NCBI RefSeq assembly: GCF_006345805.1
Contig: NW_021828592.1
Coordinates: 1 to 8,169, forward strand
Reading direction: 5' to 3'
From: Octopus sinensis
Lineage: Eukaryota
DNA: 8,169 bases
Below are positions 1-8,169 of this stretch, one piece after another. Under the pieces are notes generated by a model, which did no database searches, was not told the origin of the DNA, and was given only the letters and a program-made list of their open reading frames with translations. A program made the position numbers and the translations under genes. The number at the start of each line of letters is the position of its first letter. The stretch's first letter is position 1.

Positions 1-180
1 CTCGTCGTCCCCCATCCCCGTACGCATGCGCTCGCGCGTGTGCTTCTGTGTGTGTAAGCGCGTGCGCATATATATAAGACATACACACACATATACAGAA
101 GTGCTCAAACAACCAAACTTAGTAGCATATTCTTCTAAGAATTTTTTTTCGTTCCTTTACATTCATTTTCGCTTTTGACA

Positions 181-363
<183 letters not shown>

Positions 364-528
364 TGTTGTCTTTTGTATTTGTTTTTTATCTTCCTTTGGC
401 ATTTGGTTTGGTTAATACTTTACCAAATCTTTGGAATAAATAGATATTATTCCAAGACTTTCTAATAGGAAAAACCCATAAAACTAAAACAATCGCAAAA
501 CTCGGTGCCAACACAAACATATTCAAAA

Positions 529-620
529 AACAAGAACAAGAACAACAACAACAACAACAACGACGACGACGACGACGGCGACAACAGCAGCAGCATCAGC
601 AACAGCAGCAACTGTAGCAG
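529..620. repeat. Compound trinucleotide repeat (AAC)n-(GAC)n-(AGC)n
   Basis: aacaacaac..., then gacgacgac..., then agcagcagc..., in one 3-bp register. Confidence 0.9.
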
Positions 621-750
621 TATTTATGATAAACATTTGTAGCTACCTAGCGAGTCTTCTCTCCTATAATTCAAAGCTAATATGCTTCTGTACGTCTTAT
701 GCTATACTACAAAAGTACAGGTAATAAGCAATTTGACGCCATTCGACTGC

Positions 751-773
751 GTGTATGTATATATGTATGGTAG

Positions 774-831
<58 letters not shown>

Positions 832-950
832 CATATACATACATATATATATATATATATATATTGTATGTATTTTTGTGTATGTATATTATTATATATA
901 AGTACACACACCACACACACATATATATATATATATACAAATATATACAC
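751..950. repeat. (TA)n microsatellite with TG/CA-degenerate flanks
   Basis: Pure (TA)n at about 779-830 and 845-863, plus interrupted TA/CA repeats. Confidence 0.95.
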
Positions 951-969
951 CCTTCTATAAAAAGTTGTG

Positions 970-971
<2 letters not shown>

Positions 972-1008
<37 letters not shown>

Positions 1009-1225
1009 ATATATATATATATATACTCTCGTCGATTATATATGCCTTCTGCCAGTCTGTCTGTATGTCTGTCTGTCTATCTATCTGTGTGTGTCTGCCT
1101 TTCAAATTTTCTATCTGCCTTTCTATGCATCGCGATATATATACATATATATAATATACAATACACACATAATTTGAATGAATACTATCCAACATATATA
1201 TACATAGATACATATATGTAAATAA

Positions 1226-1272
<47 letters not shown>

Positions 1273-1275
1273 CTA

Positions 1276-1319
<44 letters not shown>

Positions 1320-1402
1320 TGTAATATATATATATATATATATAATATATATTATATATATATATATATATATAATATATATATGTGTGTGTGTGTGTGT
1401 GT
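972..1402. repeat. Compound microsatellite: (TA)n, (TCTG/TCTA)n, (TATC)n, (TA)n, (TG)n
   Basis: (TA)n ~977-1025; tctg/tcta repeats ~1056-1100; (CTAT)n ~1226-1280; (TA)n ~1278-1384; (TG)n ~1384-1402. Confidence 0.95.
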
Positions 1403-1787
1403 CTATCAACACTCCGTTAACCCCGCCACACACACGCACATATACTCTACCAAACAACACTATAAAAATACACTTCTATCTGACTAAAATAAATGTACAA
1501 TAGTAAAAACACAAATCTCTCCTTCTCTCCTCACCCCCATTGCTTGCTCTCCGCATCTTCTTAACTTACGTTTGCTTACATCTTTTATTTCAACTATTCA
1601 CTTGTTTCCACTTCCTCCTCCTCCTCTCTTAACTCTTCCCCCATACAACTACCCCCCCCTACTGCTCAAGCATCTTATTTATTTATTTATCTATTTATTT
1701 ACATATATATTTATTTATTCATCTTCACATAATTATTGATTTTGATCTGTTGCCGTGTCTGCACTCCCTCCAACACTTGAATACCTG

Positions 1788-1838
1788 TATATATATATAT
1801 ATATATAATATATATATATAATATATATATATATATAT

Positions 1839-1895
<57 letters not shown>

Positions 1896-2062
1896 ATATA
1901 TATATATATGTATATATATATGTAATATATATACATATATATATGTGTATATGAATGTGTGTATTTATAATTTATATACACATATACATAATATATACAC
2001 CCATATATACTCATACACACACATCTATACACATATATATGTATATATATATGTATATATTT
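1788..2062. repeat. Long interrupted (TA)n microsatellite
   Basis: Near-pure TA run 1788-1945, then degenerate TA/CA repeats. Confidence 0.95.
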
Positions 2063-2612
2063 ATACTCAAATTTCTATACAGACTAACACATTGTAGACA
2101 CACATGCGCAAGCAAGAAACAAACCCAAATATAAGCTCACACATAGGAAACCAACCAACACACACACAAACTCACATAAATACAATCCTTTTGCCGTAAA
2201 TGTACCGCTAATATTTTTCACTTAACTTGATGGGCGGCCATTTTGTTCGATATACAGTTAAATGCAACTTTAACATTTCAACGTTTTGCGCTAAGTGGTC
2301 GCTTTAGCGGGAAATGTCATTGCTTCAGTCTTAACGTCTTTCCCTCCTGATGCATTTTAGGTTTTTCTTTAATGATTCTGTTTACTCAAAATTCCTACCG
2401 ACATAGGATTGCGAATAAATGTGAATGTGTGTATCTGTAAGTATGTAAGAGTAGCCATATGCATATGAGCATGAAGATGCATGTATATATTCTTACATAT
2501 ATGTAGACATTCAAACATATGTAAATATAAAAATGAAGTTATGCAAGCCTGAGAGTGCGTATGTTAACACGCCTGTACGTGTGTATATGTTTGTATGTAT
2601 ATACGTATGCAT

Positions 2613-2885
2613 ATGTGCACACACATATTGTAAGTTTGTACATATATGTATACATATACCGAAATATATGTACGTAGACGTATGTATTTGTATTTTTGTA
2701 TGTATGTATGCATGTATGTATATATGTATGTATGCATGTGTGTATGTATACATGTGCACACACATATTGTAAGTTTGTACATATATGTATATATATACCG
2801 AAACATATGTACGTAGACGTATGTATTTGTATTTTTGTATGTATGTATGTATGTATATATGTATGTATGCATGTGTGTATGTATA
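2613..2885. repeat. Tandem duplication, 139-bp unit, two copies (2613-2751 and 2752-2885), within a degenerate (TATG/TG)n region
   Basis: atgtgcacacacatattgtaagtttgtac...ccgaaa(t/c)atatgtacgtagacgtatgtatttgtatttttg occurs at 2613 and 2752 (offset 139). Copy 2 lacks one 4-mer. Confidence 0.93.
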
Positions 2886-3231
2886 TATATATGTGTGTGT
2901 GTGCATATGTATATAGATGTACATACATATTTAGCTGTATTTACGCGCGCACACACATATATCCATATATATTCACATACAGGTTCACATATATACCTGT
3001 ATATACACATCTATCTCTGTATATATAAATATACTTCCATATATGCGTACGTGTGCTTGTATGTGCATATACATGCACTCTCGCGCACACACACACACGC
3101 ATAGATATACATGGGTATATAGGTGCATGCTTATGTGTGTGCTTTTTATGAATACATTTATCTGAAGACGAGAAAGATATGTGTGCTTTATAGAGGAAGC
3201 ACAGTTTGTGTTGTTGGAATGCAATCAGTAA

Positions 3232-4400
3232 ATTAACTCTGTATTTACTCAGAGTTTCACCCGGTAACACACGCAGTGTACATGACGTTTATGTTTTCGG
3301 CAAGATTGTGAAACATGTCGGAAGATATGAAATCCGTACGTGCATTTGTAAGGTAGACTCTCACTAGTTAAGATTCTTTTGTCTCGTTGCATTCTGCAGA
3401 GTCACCCTTTTTAGACTACTATGTGTTGTGGTGTGAAAACATTCGGCTGGAGTTTTCATCTTTGAAGGTATTTACGCCGCAAATAGAAGCCGATGTCTCT
3501 GTGGCCGTTGTTTAGAACATAATTCTGAGGGCTTTGCTGCTCGGAGCTCTGAAAATTTTAGAATCTTTCCTGACTACTCTCTGCACATAGCAGGCAGGTG
3601 GACAACACCTTTGATAACAAACGCCATACACTGCTACAGCATTAGGGATTTTTCGAATAAGTAAAGCCTGCAGTTCCGAGTTCCTTTGAAGATGCCATAT
3701 CGCTGTCACTGATGGTCAGAGTAAGCAGAGATCATATAAATCTCTAATTGATTCGTTTAAGTTTCTTTCTATTGTGATCTTAATTATTTGTTATGTTGAG
3801 TGAAGCGATCATTGAAGGTATTTGCTGTTAAACCCTGACCGTAATGTTTTATCAGTTGAAGAGATTTTGGGATTTGTGTAAAGCTAGGTAATGACGTCAT
3901 ATTAATGTTTGAAAATTCCCGTTTTGGAAGTCTCGCCTATGTTATGTGGCGGATTAAACCAAATTACGTTTATGTTACTAGCTCTACTCTGCTTTGCGAC
4001 GAGTTAATATTTTATACATGCAGGTATTGTAATGAAGCTATCCCTAGCTCACACAATAGGACGCTAACCTTCAGAGACATCCTCCTCCAGGGGTAGATCA
4101 AATTATTTCTTAATCATTGCAGTCATCACATTGTTGGGATTGTTGTTGATGGAAATGAGGTAATCTCTAGACTTTCAGATAATTAGAGTTCACTGCATTG
4201 AACCCAATTTGATATTCTTAGGAAGTTGTTTATCATTAATTTAATGCTATCATTTCTGTTTAAGTTAAAATTCTTAAATTATGATATTAAATCCTTTTCG
4301 AATATATCCATGAAGTGGCGTCTTATATTCTACGAGATTCATGGGTGATAGTTTCTATAGAATTTTTCTGCCTCCAAACTCTGTCCTAATATAAAAAGAA
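3232..4400 (-). mobile_element. Degenerate Penelope-like retroelement (PLE), 3' part: post-RT linker, Cys knuckle, GIY-YIG endonuclease and 3' region; boundaries approximate
   Basis: Manual minus-strand translation gives motifs in PLE order across several frames: NIRRHFMDIFEKDLIS*FKNFNLNRNDSIKL (4329->4237, cf. NIGxxFLxLIDKHF...IFNRNTxKxSYS); CN...PGGGCL (4121->4074, cf. CNC...CPLxGxCL); KHYGQGLTANTFNDRFTQHNK (3849->3787, cf. YIGLTxNTFKxRxxxH); IWHLQ (3700->3686, cf. IWxLK); CLLCAE (3596->3579, cf. CxLCxxEK); LNN (3515->3507, cf. LNKRxE). Consensus motifs are recalled, not searched. Confidence 0.72.
3460..4330 (-). pseudogene. Disrupted PLE ORF remnant (linker plus C-terminal GIY-YIG endonuclease), with multiple stops and frameshifts
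   Basis: Motifs fall in different reading frames, with in-frame stops (e.g. TAA at 4281-4279 and 3786-3784). Provided ORF 3512..3709(-) contains the IWHLQ fragment. Confidence 0.65.
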
Positions 4401-4483
4401 GTTCAGTCGTTCTATATTTTTTGTATTGTTGGCATGCAATGATTCCTTCTGCACAAAAATTGCAACCTTGTACAATTGTAGAA

Positions 4484-4676
4484 TCCTCCTCCTCCTTCTC
4501 TTTCTCCTACCCCCTCCTCCCCTCCTCCACTTCTCCATTCATCATCATCACCACCACCACAACAACAACCACTACGACGAAGACGACGACCACGACCACG
4601 ACCACCATCATCATCATCGTCATCTACTTCGTTCTATTCTTCCTCCTCCCCCGGCACCTCCTCCTCTTCTGCTGTT
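4484..4676. repeat. Compound trinucleotide low-complexity tract (TCC/CAT/CAC/AAC/GAC)n
   Basis: Visible runs tcctcctcc, catcatcat, caccaccac, gacgacgac. Explains ORFs 4421..4750 and 4426..4803. Confidence 0.92.
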
Positions 4677-4907
4677 GCTGCGAGCAGAATCTTTATTTCA
4701 CCAGAAAAATTGCATTGTGGCTAGCCACATCGTCCGTCTTTACGTTGTGAGTTCGAATCCCGCCAAAGTGGACGTTGTCTTTCATCCCTTTCGGGTTCTA
4801 TAAAATTAAGTACCAGTTGAGTTATGAGGTGCAGGTTCAATGTAAATGACTTAAATTTCTTCCTCCAAACTTGCTGGCGTTGTGGCGAATCTTGAAACCA
4901 TTATTAT
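4677..4907 (+). mobile_element. tRNA-derived SINE, diverged near-full-length copy resembling an abundant octopus SINE family
   Basis: Degenerate A-box-like head (gcgagcagaatc, ~4680-4691); perfect B box GTTCGAATCC (4751-4760); conserved-looking central block gtctttcatccctttcgggttctataaaattaagtaccagt (4777-4817); 3' end ttgaaacca followed by a ttattat tail (4892-4907). Family resemblance is from memory. Confidence 0.85.
4749..4761 (+). promoter_or_regulatory. RNA polymerase III internal promoter B box of the SINE
   Basis: GAGTTCGAATCCC matches the tRNA B-box consensus GTTCRANNC. Confidence 0.8.
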
Positions 4908-4908
4908 C

Positions 4909-5295
4909 GTTCTGCACGAACTCGTTTAGTGCCCGGGCATAGCTGACCTGTTGGATTATGTCGAACAGCTGTCGTCATGTGTGGGAAGGATCTCTCTGTC
5001 GGCCGAATCCATAGTGAAGATTGTCCCATCAATTTCTTTAAATCGGGCAGGCAAGGCAGTTTTCCTTTGCCTGATTGAGATTGCATAAATGGTCATCTGG
5101 TGGACGAGGCTGAAAAGCATGAGAACAGAGACTTCCCTTTTGGTAGAGCCCTCATCGAGCTTTTCAAGCTTCTCATGAAAAGGAAAAATGAGGGCGAAGA
5201 GGGAGATGTTGCCCTCAAGTTCATTTATTGAAAGGTGGGTGAAAGTTGTGAAAATATCAAGGTTAGATGGTACCTCTCTAAGTGTAGACCTGTGA
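4909..5295 (+). pseudogene. LINE ORF2 C-terminal fragment with two premature stops and two frameshifts
   Basis: TAG at 4927-4929 and TAA at 5086-5088; frameshifts near 5135-5141 and 5187; natural-looking stop TGA at 5293-5295. Confidence 0.78.
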
Positions 5296-5583
5296 GTAGG
5301 AGAAATGAAATTGGAGGGGGGGCACTTTCTCTTGATATTCAGGGAGATCTTGGACAGTTTCTCGATTATCCCGAGAGGTTCTCCGGTGCCAGGCGAGTCA
5401 CATGACTATCATCATCCCCACCTTTTGTGTACGATGTACGTTGTCCCTTCTCTGTGTTATTGTATACTGCGTAGAATTTCTATACATATATTCATATATT
5501 TTTTTCTTCAGTTCACTCTATGTAAATACACACACTTGATGCCTGTCTTTGTATTGTCCTTCTCATCCTTCACCCTGGTGGCA

Positions 5584-5589
5584 AATAAA
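5584..5589 (+). promoter_or_regulatory. Polyadenylation signal AATAAA at the LINE 3' end
   Basis: gcaAATAAAagaaat lies immediately before the (ATC)n tail. Confidence 0.6.
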
Positions 5590-5593
5590 AGAA

Positions 5594-5871
5594 ATCATCA
5601 TCGTCGTCGTCGTCATCATCATCACCACTACAACCATCACCACCACCACCATCACCATCACCATCGTCATCACCATCGTTATCATCACCACCATCGTCAT
5701 CATTATCATCATCATCGTCATCATCACCATCATCACCATCATCCATCAACAGCATCATCATCATCATCATCATTATCATCACCATCAACATCATCAACTT
5801 TCTTCCTCTTCTTTATACTATTATTATTATTATTGTTGTTTTTGGTTTTATTATTAACATTGCTGTTGTTG

Positions 5872-5919
<48 letters not shown>

Positions 5920-5945
5920 GCAGCTGTAGCAGCAGCATGATGATG
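5594..5945. repeat. Compound trinucleotide repeats (CAT/CAC/CGT)n, then (TTA/TTG)n and (GCA)n
   Basis: (CAT/CAC)n 5594-5797; (TTA/TTG)n ~5819-5919; short GCA/TGA repeats to ~5945. Confidence 0.95.
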
Positions 5946-5994
5946 AAGGTGTTGGTGGAAAGTGGGGATGTAGACACGATTGGCCGATAACACA

Positions 5995-6488
5995 ATGCCT
6001 ACAACCAACACCATCATCACTAGCACCATACCACTATCAGCACAATCACCACCATCACCACTACCTCCAGTACCACCACCACTGCCACCACTACCAGCAC
6101 ACCAGAACTTACACCACCACAACCATCACCACTACCACCACCAACACTACCACTACTATCACCGTAACCCGAAACGCCATCATCACGAGGACCACCATCA
6201 CCATAACAAACACCGAGACCACAACCACCGTAACCATATCCACCACCATCATCATCACCACCAGCACCACCATCATCATTATCACTACTACTCACATCTC
6301 CGTCGCTACCGTCGCCACCAGTTACCGTTACCACCAGCATAACGATTACTACCATTCTCACTAGAACCCCAACCGCCAGCAACACCACCACCGCCGTCAC
6401 CACTATTTCCGTAACCACCACCACCACCACCACCATCCTCACCTCCACCACCACCACCACCACCATCCTCACCTCCACCACCACCACC
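5995..6488. repeat. Old degenerate (CAC/CAT/TAC)n tract ending in a 30-bp tandem repeat
   Basis: 3-bp periodic C/A-rich sequence; 6421-6450 is identical to 6451-6480. Confidence 0.9.
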
Positions 6489-6757
6489 GTTACAAAGCCT
6501 AGCGAGTAAACATCACAATCTGTCTAAAAGCCAGTTTCGATATCTGTCAGGAATTGAACTTAAAAACAATGATATCACGTCAAAAGATAATGATGTGTTG
6601 TTAGTAAAGATCATATTTAATATATATTACATGCGAAGAATGAAGTGGGGGGGGGGCTTGGTGGTCGGTGGTCGTGGGTGGGTTGGGGACATTTAATCTT
6701 CTACTTGTGATTGTTGTTGCTAATAACGTTGTTGGGGTTTTGTTTTTCGTTTAAAGA

Positions 6758-6800
6758 CATACATACATATACATATATATAATACATACATACATATATC

Positions 6801-6860
<60 letters not shown>
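6758..6860. repeat. (TACA)n then (TA)n microsatellite
   Basis: catacatacat... followed by pure TA at ~6808-6860. Confidence 0.95.
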
Positions 6861-6861
<1 letters not shown>

Positions 6862-6939
6862 TATTTGTTGATGTTGTTGCTTTTAAAGGAGCTCGCGGAT
6901 TTTCTTATGATACTGTAGTTTCTTGTTAATATCATTAAT

Positions 6940-7070
6940 GCTGGTGTTGTTGTTTGTATGTTTGTAGGTTTGTTATTGTTGCTGTTGTTGTTGTTACTGT
7001 TGATGATAATGGTGATGATGGTGATGATGGTGGTGGTGATGGTGATGGTAGTGATGTTAGTGTTGTTGAT
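6940..7070. repeat. Degenerate (TTG)n/(TGA/TGG)n repeat
   Basis: gttgttgttg...gatggtgatgatggtg. Confidence 0.85.
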
Positions 7071-7177
7071 ATTTTTGCGGTTCTATTCTTCTAATATTTT
7101 TGTACGCTATCAATCATGTAATTGTTGCTAAAGGTATTTTTTCATTATTCTTTATCGTCGGTGATAACGTTGCTAAT

Positions 7178-7372
7178 GTGTATGTATGTATGTATGTATG
7201 TATGTATGTATGTATGTATGTATGTATGTATGTATGTATGTACATACGTATGTATGCATGTACGTATGTATGCATGTAAGTATGAATGTATGCATGTATG
7301 CATGCATACATGCATGTATGTATGTATGTATGTATGCATGTATGTATGTGTATATGTATGTACGTATGCATG

Positions 7373-7406
<34 letters not shown>

Positions 7407-8024
7407 TGTATGTATGTACGTATGTATGTATGTATGTATGTATGTACGTATGTATGCATGTAAGTATGAATGTATGTATGTATGCATGCATACATGCATG
7501 TATGTATGTATGTATGCATGTATGTATGTGTATATGTATGTATGTATGCATATATATATGTATGTGTATATGTATGTATGCATGCATGCATGTATGTATA
7601 CATGTATGTATGTATGTATTATGTGTATATGTATGTATGTAAGTATGTATGTATGTAAGTATGCATGCATGCATGTATGTATGTATGTATGCATGTATTT
7701 ATGTATGTACGTATGTATGTAACTATGCATGTATGTATGAATGTATGTATCGACGCATCTATGCATGTACGTATGTATGTACATAAGAATGTGATAGATG
7801 TACATACTTTTACACATGCACATAAGTGTGCATGCATATATATGAATACCAGTGCATTTATGTAGGAATGTATGTATATATATATATATATAAGTGTGTA
7901 TATTAATATCCATATATATATATGCATGTATGCATACATGTATGTATGTATGTATGTATGTATGTATGTATGTATGTATGTATGTATGTATGTATGTATG
8001 TATGTATGTATGTATGCATGTATA

Positions 8025-8055
<31 letters not shown>

Positions 8056-8068
8056 ATGTATATATGCA
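7178..8068. repeat. Long (TATG)n array with CATG/TACG variants, an internal ~184-bp higher-order duplication and a (TA)n/(GATATA)n end
   Basis: Visible tatg repeats; explains all the MYVC/HTYI ORFs. The variant block tacgtatgtatgcatgtaagtatgaatg occurs at 7261 and 7445. Confidence 0.96.
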
Positions 8069-8169
8069 TATAAAAGTTAATGCGAGCATATATTAAACTC
8101 TTAAAGGGATGATTACATGCAAGATTGCACTGAATTTACACCTAATGCTATTGCGAAAAAATTTTCATA

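Larger units (their letters stand above)
4908..5595 (+). mobile_element. 5'-truncated non-LTR retrotransposon (L1/Tx1-like LINE): end of ORF2, ~300-bp 3' UTR and poly(A) signal
   Basis: Frame +1 from 4909 reads VLHELV*CPGIADLLDYVEQLSSCVGRISLSAESIVKIV...GKAVFLCLIEIA*MVIWWTRLK; then frame +3 GRALIELFKLLMKRK; then frame +1 MRAKREMLPSSSFIERWVKVVKISRLDGTSLSVDL* (stop 5293-5295). HxxxxC is the second half of the L1-clade CCHC knuckle, and IWxxR and FxxRW are typical L1/Tx1 C-terminal motifs. AATAAA at 5584-5589 precedes a simple-repeat tail. Confidence 0.82.

Noticed and set aside
2338-2362. Splice-acceptor-like ctttccctcctgatgcattttag/g
   Set aside because: No convincing downstream exon frame or donor site, and such motifs are common in AT-rich DNA.
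2613-2885. CRISPR-like or prokaryotic system interpretation of the repeats
   Set aside because: The repeats are head-to-tail with no unique spacers, there are no cas-like or operon-like ORFs, and the context is clearly eukaryotic.
3162-3180. Plus-strand CTGAAGA-cga-GAAA, resembling a minimal hammerhead core
   Set aside because: Only 3 nt separate the boxes (no helix II), there is no convincing helix III or NUH site, and it is on the opposite strand to the PLE. Likely chance.
3905-4096. 63-aa plus-strand ORF (MFENSRFGS...)
   Set aside because: Short, has no recognisable motif and lies antisense within the PLE relic.
4680-4770. Possible tRNA gene suggested by the GTTCGAATCC T-loop
   Set aside because: No cloverleaf or acceptor stem is apparent, and the sequence continues into a SINE body and tail.
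4904-5086. 60-aa minus-strand ORF (MQSQSGKGK...)
   Set aside because: Antisense to the LINE ORF2 remnant; the plus-strand reading carries the recognisable motifs.
5305-5940. 211-aa ORF with His, Ser and Leu tracts
   Set aside because: Spans the LINE 3' UTR and triplet microsatellites; an accidental open frame.
5980-6342. Pro/His-rich 120-aa ORF resembling histidine-rich structural proteins (Gly-rich on the opposite strand)
   Set aside because: Degenerate (CAC/CAT)n DNA is open in several frames; the start is TTG, and there is no signal peptide or splice support. RNA-seq would be needed to revive it.
7114-8089. Long ORFs up to 298 aa (MYVC/HTYI repeats)
   Set aside because: Artefacts of the (TATG)n array, which contains no stop codon in any frame.

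Overview
AT-rich, microsatellite-saturated eukaryotic DNA, intronic or intergenic, with no intact gene. Repeat content and the SINE/LINE sequences resemble octopus (cephalopod) genomes; this is recalled from memory, not from a search. Most listed ORFs are translations of (TA)n, (TATG)n, (ATT)n and (CAT/CAC)n repeats, and the rest are off-frame or antisense readings of TE relics. The complex core (~3230-5600) is a cluster of three decayed retroelements. First, a heavily degenerate Penelope-like element on the minus strand, recognisable from colinear linker, Cys-knuckle and GIY-YIG motifs, with a possible relic hammerhead ribozyme downstream. Second, a tRNA-derived SINE with a perfect B box (~4677-4907). 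Third, directly abutting the SINE tail, a 5'-truncated L1/Tx1-type LINE (ORF2 C-terminus, 3' UTR, AATAAA; 4908-5595) running into an (ATC)n tract. Local tandem duplications have units of 139 bp, ~184 bp and 30 bp. No new functional system is demonstrable. The best leads are the Penelope/hammerhead relic and possible microsatellite targeting by the LINE.
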